Below, in pieces: positions 18,143 to 26,830 of a stretch of DNA of 32,523 bases. Position 1 is the stretch's first letter. Each line of letters opens with the position of its first letter. A model generated the notes under the pieces. The model ran no database searches. It was not told the DNA's origin and saw only the letters and a program-made list of their open reading frames with translations. A program made the position numbers and the translations under genes. Source of the DNA: Candidatus Nanopelagicales bacterium (GTDB lineage Bacteria; Actinomycetota; Actinomycetes; S36-B12; UBA5976); assembly GCA_044239795.1 (NCBI GenBank), contig JBIIAS010000003.1, forward strand, positions 1-32,523. Reading direction: 5' to 3'.

Positions 18143-19158
18143 TGTGCCTTCACTCTCGGGTCAGTAAACACTAAAACTAAGTCGAGGATCAGATAAACAA
18201 TTAGTGAAATGATCGTAATCACCAAAACTGTTCCCTGAATAGCTGGGTAATCTAAATTCAAAACCGCCCGAACCGAGTAGGAGCCAAGTCCGTTTAACGA
18301 GAAAACTTGTTCGATGAGAACTGCGCCACCCAACATAAAACCAAAAAGAATTCCGGTCAGTGTAAGCACAGGTGGCAAACTAGCGCGCAGTGTGGATCGA
18401 GCAATTTGCTTTCTGCTTAAACCAGAGGCGCGGGAATAAAGAATAAACTCGCTGCTGAGTACTCGGGCCATGCTTTGACGAGTCATTTTGATGATTGGCC
18501 CGGACAAAATAAATGCCAAGGTCATAACCGGTAGCCACAGATGCCAAAGTGCATTAAAGAAGGCATCGATTCGCCCAGTAACAAGTGAGTCAATCAAAAT
18601 AAATCCAGTTACCTTCTCGGGTGGAACCATAAGTGGATCTAAGACACCAAGTGGAGCTGGAGCAATTCCAAGTTTGAAGTAGAAGAAGAATGTGAACATT
18701 AACGCCCACCAAAACTCTGGCTGGGCTCCAGCAAATAATCCATAGCCGAACACGGATTTATCTAACTTTCCGCCGGGGCGCTTTGCCGTAGCGACACCGA
18801 TCGGAACTGCTACTGCCATTGCAAGAACAAATGAGAGCACAACCAGTTGCAGCGTAATCGGCAAAGTAGTGACAATCTCAGAAGTTACCGATGAGCCGGT
18901 AACCCAAGAAGTGCCAAGGTCACCTGTTATTACGCCAGAGCCATCGGTTCCGACAAAATCGCCGAGCTGCTCAGAGACTGTTCTATCTAGTCCAAGTGAG
19001 GCTTTGGCTTGATTGTAAACATCTGGTGTTGAGTTAAATCCAACAAGTCTGGCGACCGGGTCGGCAGGAAGTGCACGAATTACAAAGAAAACAACCAAAG
19101 TGATACCTGCGGCCTGGATCAAGCCGATCAAGATCCGGCGAAAAATATAACTGGCCAA
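18139..19158 (-). CDS. ABC permease (DppB/OppB type)
   Basis: YI.RR, LPADP, GDLG.S, TGF.LID, EAA-like loop, GAVLIE.VF..GLG, DPR. Confidence 0.95.
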   Translation of the reverse strand: MASYIFRRILIGLIQAAGITLVVFFVIRALPADPVARLVGFNSTPDVYNQAKASLGLDRTVSEQLGDFVGTDGSGVITGDLGTSWVTGSSVTSEIVTTLPITLQLVVLSFVLAMAVAVPIGVATAKRPGGKLDKSVFGYGLFAGAQPEFWWALMFTFFFYFKLGIAPAPLGVLDPLMVPPEKVTGFILIDSLVTGRIDAFFNALWHLWLPVMTLAFILSGPIIKMTRQSMARVLSSEFILYSRASGLSRKQIARSTLRASLPPVLTLTGILFGFMLGGAVLIEQVFSLNGLGSYSVRAVLNLDYPAIQGTVLVITIISLIVYLILDLVLVFTDPRVKAQ

Positions 19159-19211
19159 CAGAATTTCCTTTTCGCGATTGTTTTTGGTTAGTGAATTGCG
19201 GGGTGCTAGGT

Positions 19212-19247
19212 GTGCGGCCGAAACAGCTACTGCTGTCTCGGCCGCAC
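19212..19247 (-). terminator. Strong intercistronic stem-loop after the solute-binding gene (mRNA stabiliser or partial terminator)
   Basis: Minus strand GTGCGGCCGAGACAGC-AGTA-GCTGTTTCGGCCGCAC: 16-bp stem with one G-U pair, no adjacent U-tract. Confidence 0.7.
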
Positions 19248-19271
19248 CCTTGCGACTTACTTAGTTGATAA

Positions 19272-20981
19272 CTAGTTGAGTGTTAGATCAGCAAATCGAA
19301 CACCGTTATCAGGGTGCCACTTGATACCCGACAGCTTGTCGGAGTGTGCCCACTGAGTTTGGTATTCAACAACTGGAACCCAAGTGACATCAGTCATGAG
19401 CTGCTCTTGCACTTCTGCAAGCATTGCATCACGCTTGGTGTTATCAGCTTCGTTCTTTAGCTTGACGTATAGGTCATCTACATTCTTGCTTTCGTAGTTA
19501 ACCATGTTGTTCAAGCTGCCATTGGCTGCAGAAACGAAGAATAGCAATGTTGCATATCCTGAATCCACGGCGATTGGCTTTTCGTTGTCATTTAGAGCAA
19601 ATGGTAGATCGCGCTTAACAAGTGCACGGTCACCGAATTGGCTCTGTGGAATTGGGTCCAACTGGATGTTGATACCAACTGCAGCTAGATCCGCACGGAT
19701 CTGAGTTGCGATTGGACCAAGGGTTGATTCCAACTCTGTGATGTAAGACAGCTTCAATGAACCATCGTCTACGTATCCAGCTTCAGCAAGTAGTGCTTTT
19801 GCTGCTTCTGGGTCGTACTTGTATGGTGAATCAGCTTTCTTGTAACCAGGGTAGGTACTTGGCATGTGGCTATCCCACTTTTGTGCCTTACCGAAGTAAC
19901 CATTTGCAATGATCTTGTCGTAGTCAATCGCAGATGAAATCGCGCGACGTACTAGAACGTTATCGAATGGCTTGGTCTGGAAGTTCATGTGAACAAACAG
20001 ATTCTGGTTTCCAGCAACTGCTGAGATTCCAACACCTTCGACTCCATCAAGGCTGGCGTACTCACCTGGTGTCAACTTGTCAACAAGTTGAGCCTGGCCA
20101 GTCTGAACAGCAGCTAGACGGTTTGCAGATGTAGGTACCTTGCGCCAAACAACCTTCTTGATGCTTGGAGCTCCTGCGTAGTACTTCTCGTTAGCAGTAA
20201 GAGTCATTGAATCATTCTTGACCCAATCACTGATGCAGTAAGCGCCAAAGGAAGGCAGGTTAGTGCTGTTTGAGTACTCATGTGCCCAAGGATCTTCAGC
20301 GGTTGCATTAGCTTCCATTGATTCTTTGTCAAAGATGTTCAAACCAAAGATGGTAAGAACTGGCAAGAACAACTTATTTGGTGCAGCCTGCTTGATGGTT
20401 ACGGTGTAATCATCAACCTTGGTTACTTCGTCACCGAGCTTCTTAGCTTCTGTTGCCTTAGCAGCATCAGCATCAAATACACCAGCGGTGAAGCCAGCGA
20501 TGTCAGCTACGTTGGAAAGGAACCAACCAATTGGTGCGCTACCACTAACACTCTTTGCGCGTGCAAATGTGTACAGCACGTCATCGGCATTAAAGGTTTC
20601 ACCATTACATCCCTCTACACCCTGGCGTAACTTGAAGGTCCAAGTGAGAGTTGCTTCATCATATTCGTATGATTCAGCTAGACGTCCTTCGAAACTATTG
20701 AAGTCGAATAGTCCAACTCCAGTTTCATTTGCTGCACCATCCTTGTAGTAAACAAGTGGCTCCATGATGTTGCCAATTGCTTGCTGGGTAACTGGGATGG
20801 ATGCAGATGGACCGTCGGAGTCAAGACCCGGTGGCACATCTTCTGACAAAGCGATGATCTCGCTTGTGTTGCTTGCTGGTGCTGAACTTGCGTCTGTAGT
20901 TCCTGTATCTGTTCCACCTGAACAGGCAGTAACAAAGAAAAGACTGAATCCAACGATCAGCGCCTTTAACTTCTTACTCAT
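19272..20981 (-). CDS. Family 5 ABC solute-binding lipoprotein
   Basis: Start at 20981 has a GGAG RBS and a signal peptide MSKKLK...FFVTA-C lipobox; LAES...TWTFKLR.GV, F.ADDV.YTF, VRRAI..AID, YDPE.AK.LL.EAG. Confidence 0.93.
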   Translation of the reverse strand: MSKKLKALIVGFSLFFVTACSGGTDTGTTDASSAPASNTSEIIALSEDVPPGLDSDGPSASIPVTQQAIGNIMEPLVYYKDGAANETGVGLFDFNSFEGRLAESYEYDEATLTWTFKLRQGVEGCNGETFNADDVLYTFARAKSVSGSAPIGWFLSNVADIAGFTAGVFDADAAKATEAKKLGDEVTKVDDYTVTIKQAAPNKLFLPVLTIFGLNIFDKESMEANATAEDPWAHEYSNSTNLPSFGAYCISDWVKNDSMTLTANEKYYAGAPSIKKVVWRKVPTSANRLAAVQTGQAQLVDKLTPGEYASLDGVEGVGISAVAGNQNLFVHMNFQTKPFDNVLVRRAISSAIDYDKIIANGYFGKAQKWDSHMPSTYPGYKKADSPYKYDPEAAKALLAEAGYVDDGSLKLSYITELESTLGPIATQIRADLAAVGINIQLDPIPQSQFGDRALVKRDLPFALNDNEKPIAVDSGYATLLFFVSAANGSLNNMVNYESKNVDDLYVKLKNEADNTKRDAMLAEVQEQLMTDVTWVPVVEYQTQWAHSDKLSGIKWHPDNGVRFADLTLN

Positions 20982-21044
20982 ATAATCTCCGAACTTTCGT
21001 TGCTTGCGGCAGCTAACGTAATCATTCAACTACGTTGAGACAAG

Positions 21045-21061
21045 CAAACCTCATACCTTTT
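21045..21061 (-). promoter_or_regulatory. Putative operator site C (AAAAGGTATGAGGTTTG)
   Basis: In the divergent SBP/MmgE intergenic region; 14 of the first 16 nt are identical to site A. Confidence 0.62.
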
Positions 21062-21119
21062 ACATTCCGCAGGCAAATAGAGTAGAAAAGTACTCAGGTA
21101 GTAACGATTGGATAACGCG

Positions 21120-22499
21120 ATGGAAACCCAGAAAATGGCAAAACCCCTTATAACTATGGCAGTTGAGCACAGTTTGACCCTAAAATTCGAGGATATTCCG
21201 GATTCCACGAAATCTAATGCCAAGACGCTAATTCTGGACAGCCTGGGCGTAGGCCTGGCTGGAAGCTCCACCACCGAGTCAGGTTGGCTCCAAGGTTTCG
21301 CTGCCGCGAACAGCTCTGGCGAGACTTCAAACGGTTGGAACATGGGCCAAAAGCTTGATGCAGCAAACGCGGCCATGATCAATGCCCACCAAATGCATAC
21401 TCTTGAGTTTGACGCAATTCACGAACCCGCTGTTGTGCATCCGATGACCGTTGTTCTACCAAGTGTTGTCGCGTGGATGCAGCGAGAGCATGTCGCAAGT
21501 GGCTATGTTCCAAATGGAAAAGATTTAATCAAAGCCGTTTGTGTTGGAGTTGATATCGCAGGTGGTCTTGGCGATGTAACCACTTCACCACTTCAATTCT
21601 TTCGCCCCGCTACCGCAGGTGCATTAGGTGCAGTAGCCGCTATCAATTCAATTTCAGCGCCAACTAATGAAGCTGCTATGTCAGCTCTAGGCATTGTCTA
21701 TGGATTGCTTTCAGGCACGATGCAAGCCCACACCGAAGGTGCTCAAGTTTTAGCTTTGCAAGTTGGCTTTAATGCCAGATCTGCAATAAATGCAATCGAT
21801 CTTTCACAACGCGGATTCATTGGACCGGAATACATACTCGAAGGTAAGTACGGATACTTTTCGCTATTTGAAAAAGCTGGCGATCCGGAAGCCTTAATGA
21901 ATCGACTAGGTAGTCAGTGGGAAGTTGATCGCACATCACTTAAGCCATTCCCAAGCGGTCGAGCCACGCATGGAGCCTTGGATGCAATTCTGCAACTGCG
22001 TTCAGAGTTTGGTTTGAGTCGAGATCAAATCGAATCAATTGCTGTAACTGTCCCGCCTATGGTTTACAACTTAGTTGGCCGACGTCCAGATGTAGATATG
22101 CCTGTTGGTGCTGCTCGATTATGCCTTGCTTATCTAGTTCCACTTGCGATCGACAGTGGGCAAGTAAATCTGGATTGCTATCTAGATGAAAATTTACGAA
22201 ATTCAGAAATTCATAACTGGGCACAACGAATTTCGGTGACGGCTGATAGTAACCCTGACCTAAATGCATTTGACCCTCAGAAGGTTTCCATAACTCTGAA
22301 ATCTGGCGAAGTCCTCGAGAAGGAAATGCCATATTCATTGGGAAGTCCAACCAATCCGATGTCAGAAACACAAGTGTTGGAAAAACTGAACGCAAATCTC
22401 AGTCTTGTGGGGCGCGGTAGCTTGTTTGAAGATATCGTTGAGACCGTGAGTAACCTAGAGAATCAAAGCAACTTGAACGCACTATTTGGGAGTCTTTAA
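21120..22499 (+). CDS. MmgE/PrpD family protein (start uncertain: 21108, 21120 or 21135)
   Basis: ILDSLGV.LAG, AA.INA...H.LEFD..H....HP, G.G....LEG..G, KPFPS....H and C-terminal G.P.NPM. Confidence 0.9.
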   Translation: METQKMAKPLITMAVEHSLTLKFEDIPDSTKSNAKTLILDSLGVGLAGSSTTESGWLQGFAAANSSGETSNGWNMGQKLDAANAAMINAHQMHTLEFDAIHEPAVVHPMTVVLPSVVAWMQREHVASGYVPNGKDLIKAVCVGVDIAGGLGDVTTSPLQFFRPATAGALGAVAAINSISAPTNEAAMSALGIVYGLLSGTMQAHTEGAQVLALQVGFNARSAINAIDLSQRGFIGPEYILEGKYGYFSLFEKAGDPEALMNRLGSQWEVDRTSLKPFPSGRATHGALDAILQLRSEFGLSRDQIESIAVTVPPMVYNLVGRRPDVDMPVGAARLCLAYLVPLAIDSGQVNLDCYLDENLRNSEIHNWAQRISVTADSNPDLNAFDPQKVSITLKSGEVLEKEMPYSLGSPTNPMSETQVLEKLNANLSLVGRGSLFEDIVETVSNLENQSNLNALFGSL

Positions 22500-23854
22500 T
22501 GAGTTCTCCTTACTTTGATGCTTTTGACTACAAACGCCTTAGTGAGGAATATCCAACGGGCGCAAATTTCATTTCCAAATACTCTGGAATGTCTCGTCAG
22601 CAGCTTGAAGATATCCAACAGCAGAGGTTTAAGGAAGTTGTTGAATGTGCTTGGGATACTCCGTTTTACCGTTCACTATGGCTGGCTTCAGGGGTAGCAA
22701 AATCTGACGTAACCGATCTTTCTGATATTCATAAGTTGCCAATCATTGATAAATCTATGATCCTGGCTGATATTGAAGCTCACCCTCCATTTGGAAGCCT
22801 GCCAAGTCGTCTTGAGAAGTCGGGGCAACAAAGAATTTTGCAGACCACAAGTGGCACAACGGGAAATCCACAGCCAGTGCTGTGGGGTCCATGGGGACGC
22901 GAAGTTCAGAATGCATTGCTTGGAAGGACTTATACCTGGCTGGGAGTTAACTCCTCAGATGTAATGCACAGTGTTTACGGACACGGTTTAGTTAACGGTG
23001 GTCACTACATCAGAGAAGCCGCAACTAGGTACACCGAGGCGCTAATGCTTACGGCTGGCACTGGAATTGAAACTAGATCGGAACGACAAGTTGCAGTGAT
23101 GTCCCAATTTGGAGTCTCTGTACTTGTTGGATTTGCTGACTATTTGCTCAAGTTAGCCCAAGTTGCCTCTGACCAAAATCTGAAACCTGGAAAAGACATT
23201 CCAGTGCGAATGATTATTGGTCACGTTTTAGAAGGTGGCCGAGATGCCTTGGAGAATGCCTGGGGTGGTGCAAAAGTTTATAACTGGTACGGCGTTGCAG
23301 ATACTGGAATCGTTGCAACTGAAGGGCCAGAGCGCGATGGAATGCATGTTTGGGAAGATGCCAACTTCCTTGAAATCATAAACTTCGAAGATCCAGCTAG
23401 CGCAATGGGCGACATGGTTGTTACCAGTTTGGGTAAAAGCGATTTGGCTCCGCTGATCAGATTCAATACTCATGACTTAACGTCGTTGCATACTTCTGGC
23501 AGCAGTGACTACCCATTCCAGAAAATCGTCGGCCTTCTCGGACGCAGCGACAACATGGTAAAACTCAAAGGGATAAATGTTTACCCAACTGCTATCGGAG
23601 GGATGTTGCAAGAGGTTGCAAGCTTCACCGGAGAATACGTTTGTCGCGTCGAGAATCTAGATGGTGTCGAAAAGTTCACAGTAGTTGCTGAGTTGGCAAT
23701 CGAGGACGGGGATTCGCAAGAGTCCGTTAAGCGACTACTAGCTCAGAAGTTGGGAGTAACCGTGGAAGTTGAGATTGTTGCTCCTGGACAAACTGCCGAA
23801 GTGACGGGACTAAACACTAGGCAGAAACCTGCTCGACTATTGGATTTGCGCTAG
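22499..23854 (+). CDS. Phenylacetate-CoA ligase (PaaK)-family adenylate-forming enzyme
   Basis: PFY, LPII.K, P-loop TTSGTTG.P, YG..D, PLIRF...D, GRSD.M.K.KG.NVYP. TAATG coupling. Confidence 0.88.
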   Translation: MSSPYFDAFDYKRLSEEYPTGANFISKYSGMSRQQLEDIQQQRFKEVVECAWDTPFYRSLWLASGVAKSDVTDLSDIHKLPIIDKSMILADIEAHPPFGSLPSRLEKSGQQRILQTTSGTTGNPQPVLWGPWGREVQNALLGRTYTWLGVNSSDVMHSVYGHGLVNGGHYIREAATRYTEALMLTAGTGIETRSERQVAVMSQFGVSVLVGFADYLLKLAQVASDQNLKPGKDIPVRMIIGHVLEGGRDALENAWGGAKVYNWYGVADTGIVATEGPERDGMHVWEDANFLEIINFEDPASAMGDMVVTSLGKSDLAPLIRFNTHDLTSLHTSGSSDYPFQKIVGLLGRSDNMVKLKGINVYPTAIGGMLQEVASFTGEYVCRVENLDGVEKFTVVAELAIEDGDSQESVKRLLAQKLGVTVEVEIVAPGQTAEVTGLNTRQKPARLLDLR

Positions 23855-25125
23855 TGAATCAGGACATCTCAGCCATTTTGGAGTCGTACCAAAATGGCAA
23901 CACCCCTTCAGAAGTAGTTCTAACGGCTTCGAAGGTTACGGATACATGTTTTGCAATAGAGCAGCGGCTTACAGGTGCTGAAAATTCCGCACGGGATTCT
24001 GATGCTCTATTTGCTTCTAATTCCCAAAGAGCATTAGAAGGAATACCTTTTTCAGTTAAGGCAAACATTGACGTAGCGGGAGTCGTAACTTCCAATGGAA
24101 CGTCAATGGAAACTCAACCGGCAACCAAATCTGCTCGGATAATTGAACAGTTAAGTGGCGCCGGAGCTATTCCAGTCTTTACAACCACAATGGCCGAACT
24201 GGCAATTGGTGCAGTCACCGACAATGCACATACTGGAATTTGTGTAACTCCTGCTAATCCAAATCTTCACGCCGGAGGCTCAAGTGGTGGCTCTGGAGCA
24301 AGTGTTGCAGCCGGCTGGGTACCGTTTTCATTAGGTTCGGACACCATGGGGAGCGTACGAATTCCAGCTGCCTATTGCGGAGTTTTTGGATTTAAACCGT
24401 CTTCGCAAGCTATTGATCGGGCAGGCTTGGCTCCGCTGTATCCACCTATGGACACCATAGGAATTATTGCGAATACGGTTTCTGATATTCAGGCAGTGAT
24501 GAGTGTCTGTGCTGCAACAGGTTGGTCTGATGATCTAGAGCCTACGAATACTTTATTGATCCCAAGTTTTATCCAAAAGTCACACTCTGAAGTTCTCAAA
24601 AATTTCAATAACCAATTATCAAAGATTCGCTCAAGTGCAATCAATCATGGATTTACCGTAATCGATCTAGAACTTGATTTGGACTTAGGATTACTTCGAC
24701 GACGCGGGCTTTTACTTTGCGAAGTTACTGCCTGGAAGAATTTTTCAAATGCCGATGCAGTCCCCGCAGGAATATCAGAGCCAATAGCTGATTTGCTTAG
24801 GTATGGTGCCTCAGCTAAACCTGAAAAAGTAGAAGAGGCACGAGGAGTGTTAGCAAAAACTTCAGATTTGATGTCCAAAGCGCTAGATCAATTCCTTGGA
24901 AACTCAATGTTGATTCTGCCAGTTACGCCTTTTCCGACACCTGACATATCAGCAACAAACGAAGATCTAGCCACAAGTGCTGACTTCACTTGTTTGGCAA
25001 ATATTTGCGATTTGCCAGCAATAAGCATTCCGGCACCGGGGCAGGCAATTCAGCTTATGGCCAAGAATGGTGATGACTATCGACTACTCAACATGGCCAA
25101 AACCATTTACAAGATTCTTGGTTAA
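23854..25125 (+). CDS. Amidase-signature family amidase 2
   Basis: LEGIPFSVKAN, GGSSGGSGA.VA, LGSDTMGSVRIPAAYCG..GFKP. Confidence 0.88.
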   Translation: MNQDISAILESYQNGNTPSEVVLTASKVTDTCFAIEQRLTGAENSARDSDALFASNSQRALEGIPFSVKANIDVAGVVTSNGTSMETQPATKSARIIEQLSGAGAIPVFTTTMAELAIGAVTDNAHTGICVTPANPNLHAGGSSGGSGASVAAGWVPFSLGSDTMGSVRIPAAYCGVFGFKPSSQAIDRAGLAPLYPPMDTIGIIANTVSDIQAVMSVCAATGWSDDLEPTNTLLIPSFIQKSHSEVLKNFNNQLSKIRSSAINHGFTVIDLELDLDLGLLRRRGLLLCEVTAWKNFSNADAVPAGISEPIADLLRYGASAKPEKVEEARGVLAKTSDLMSKALDQFLGNSMLILPVTPFPTPDISATNEDLATSADFTCLANICDLPAISIPAPGQAIQLMAKNGDDYRLLNMAKTIYKILG

Positions 25126-25132
25126 ATCAGAT

Positions 25133-25906
25133 TTACTGAAATTTAGCGGTTCGCTTTTCCAGAAAAGCCGAAATTCCTTCGGCATGATCTGGCGAAACCA
25201 TTGCATCTTTAACAAAACTCAGGGTTTGTTCTGAATCTTCCCGTTGTCCGGAAAGCACTAACTCAATTTCAGTTTTCATGGACCTTACAGATGAGCTGCT
25301 ATTTGCCAGTATCAAGGTGATCCACTTATCTCTGATTGATTCAATCTCACTCGAGGAAGTTAGTTCATCTACATACCCCCACTGGGAGGCCTCGGTGGCA
25401 GAAAAAGTTCTACTGGTAAAAAGCAGTTGCTTGGCGATTGCCGGACCTACTAAATCAGTCAGCGCCACGATGTCTGAATAGGGATAGACCATGCCAAGTT
25501 TGGCCGGCGTGATAGCAAATGTTGAATTTGTGGAAGCTATTCGAAAGTCACAAGCAACAGCGAGTGCAGCTCCGCCCCCGAAACAAGGTCCGTCAATAAT
25601 CGCAATCGTTGGAATTGGGATCGCTCGAACTGATTCGATGGCTTTAGCAACTACCGCTTGACTTTGTGCTGCCCACTCGCCATCGCCTGCATGTTCGCGG
25701 TACTCAGATACATCTGCACCTGCACTGAATATTCCAGGAGAGTTAGATTCAACTGTGACAATCTTTAGTTTTGAATTTGCAGCAATCTCTTGCGAAATAT
25801 TCTCAAGTTTTTTCCACATTTCTTGATCAAAGGCATTCTTTTTTTCTGCCCTATTCATCGAAATGGTGGCAAGCGATTGAGTTATCTTTAATTCGATTCG
25901 ACTCAC
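25133..25906 (-). CDS. Enoyl-CoA hydratase/isomerase (crotonase) family protein (start GTG 25906 or TTG 25924)
   Basis: NR.EK.NA, FSAGAD, P.IA.I.G.C.GGG..LA..CDFR, EG..AF.EKR. The usual catalytic Glu positions read A and P. Confidence 0.9.
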   Translation of the reverse strand: MSRIELKITQSLATISMNRAEKKNAFDQEMWKKLENISQEIAANSKLKIVTVESNSPGIFSAGADVSEYREHAGDGEWAAQSQAVVAKAIESVRAIPIPTIAIIDGPCFGGGAALAVACDFRIASTNSTFAITPAKLGMVYPYSDIVALTDLVGPAIAKQLLFTSRTFSATEASQWGYVDELTSSSEIESIRDKWITLILANSSSSVRSMKTEIELVLSGQREDSEQTLSFVKDAMVSPDHAEGISAFLEKRTAKFQ

Positions 25907-25962
25907 TGCACACCCACTAATCAAAAATGTTCAACTACCTGAACTTTATGGCCCTTAGTCAT

Positions 25963-25968
25963 TATGCT
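25963..25968 (+). promoter_or_regulatory. Putative -10 box (TATGCT) of a leaderless puuE-like transcript
   Basis: TATGCT-ATCAACC-ATG places the start codon at 25976; no SD. Confidence 0.5.
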
Positions 25969-25975
25969 ATCAACC

Positions 25976-26827
25976 ATGACAATTCCTTCACCAACCTCAC
26001 TCGGCCTTTCAATCGTTGTAAATGTCGAAGAAGGTGCAGAGCAATCAATTTTGGATGGCGATCGAAGCCCAGAGCCTGTTGATGAAATGGGTTTGGCTTT
26101 AAAGGCTGGACTCCGCAATTACGGAAATGAATCCAACTACCAGTATGGAATCAAAGAAGGTTTCGGCAGGGTCGCCAGGATCTTGGAAGCTCACAAGATT
26201 CCTGCAACGTGGACCGTGGCAGCACTAGCTCTAGAGCGTGCGCCGCAGATTGCTAAATTCATCAGCGATCGTGGTGACGAAGCGGCTTCGCATGGTCATC
26301 GCTGGGTCCACCAATTCCGAATGGATGAGGAACAAGAATTTGAATTCATTAAGGCAGCTGCTGATTCCATTGAAAAATCAGTCGGGACCCGACCTGTTGG
26401 TCACTTATCGCGCTACTTATTGACTGAAAACACTCGAAACATACTGGCAAAGCAGGGTTTTCTATATCACATGGATGACTACAGCGGTGATGAGCCATTT
26501 TGGGATTCAACGCCTCATGGACCGATTGTTGTGATGCCATACGCAATTGATACCAATGACATGAAAATGTGGCACGACGCTGGTTATACGGCTAAAGACT
26601 GGTATGAGTATGCAATTGATACCTTTGACCAATTTTATCGAGAGCGTCAGCCTGGACATAGATACATGTCTCTTGGCTTGCACTTACGAATCATAGGTCG
26701 CCCGGGTCGCATCAACTATTTTGAAAAATTCATTGAGCATGTAACGAAGCATGAAGACCTTTGGATTGCTCATCGCAGGCAAATTGCCCAACGGTTTGCA
26801 TCAGAAGTTTCTCCACCTACTAGTTAG
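25976..26827 (+). CDS. PuuE-like (polysaccharide deacetylase/CE4 fold) cyclic-amide hydrolase
   Basis: NVEEGAE, ES.Y.YG, HGHRW (E-H-W triad typical of PuuE allantoinase), PY..DTND, LGLH.RI.GRPGR. The ORF track start at 25964 is the alternative. Confidence 0.82.
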   Translation: MTIPSPTSLGLSIVVNVEEGAEQSILDGDRSPEPVDEMGLALKAGLRNYGNESNYQYGIKEGFGRVARILEAHKIPATWTVAALALERAPQIAKFISDRGDEAASHGHRWVHQFRMDEEQEFEFIKAAADSIEKSVGTRPVGHLSRYLLTENTRNILAKQGFLYHMDDYSGDEPFWDSTPHGPIVVMPYAIDTNDMKMWHDAGYTAKDWYEYAIDTFDQFYRERQPGHRYMSLGLHLRIIGRPGRINYFEKFIEHVTKHEDLWIAHRRQIAQRFASEVSPPTS

Positions 26828-26830
26828 GCG

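Noticed and set aside
20982-21029. 16-aa N-terminal extension of the SBP from ATG 21029
   Set aside because: ATG 20981 has a GGAG RBS and begins a canonical lipoprotein signal peptide.
22499-23854. Phenylacetate degradation (paa) pathway
   Set aside because: No ring epoxidase, PaaZ or thiolase in the window; only family-level similarity.
9930-25125. Either amidase being GatA
   Set aside because: No gatB/gatC neighbours, and both are coupled to catabolic genes.
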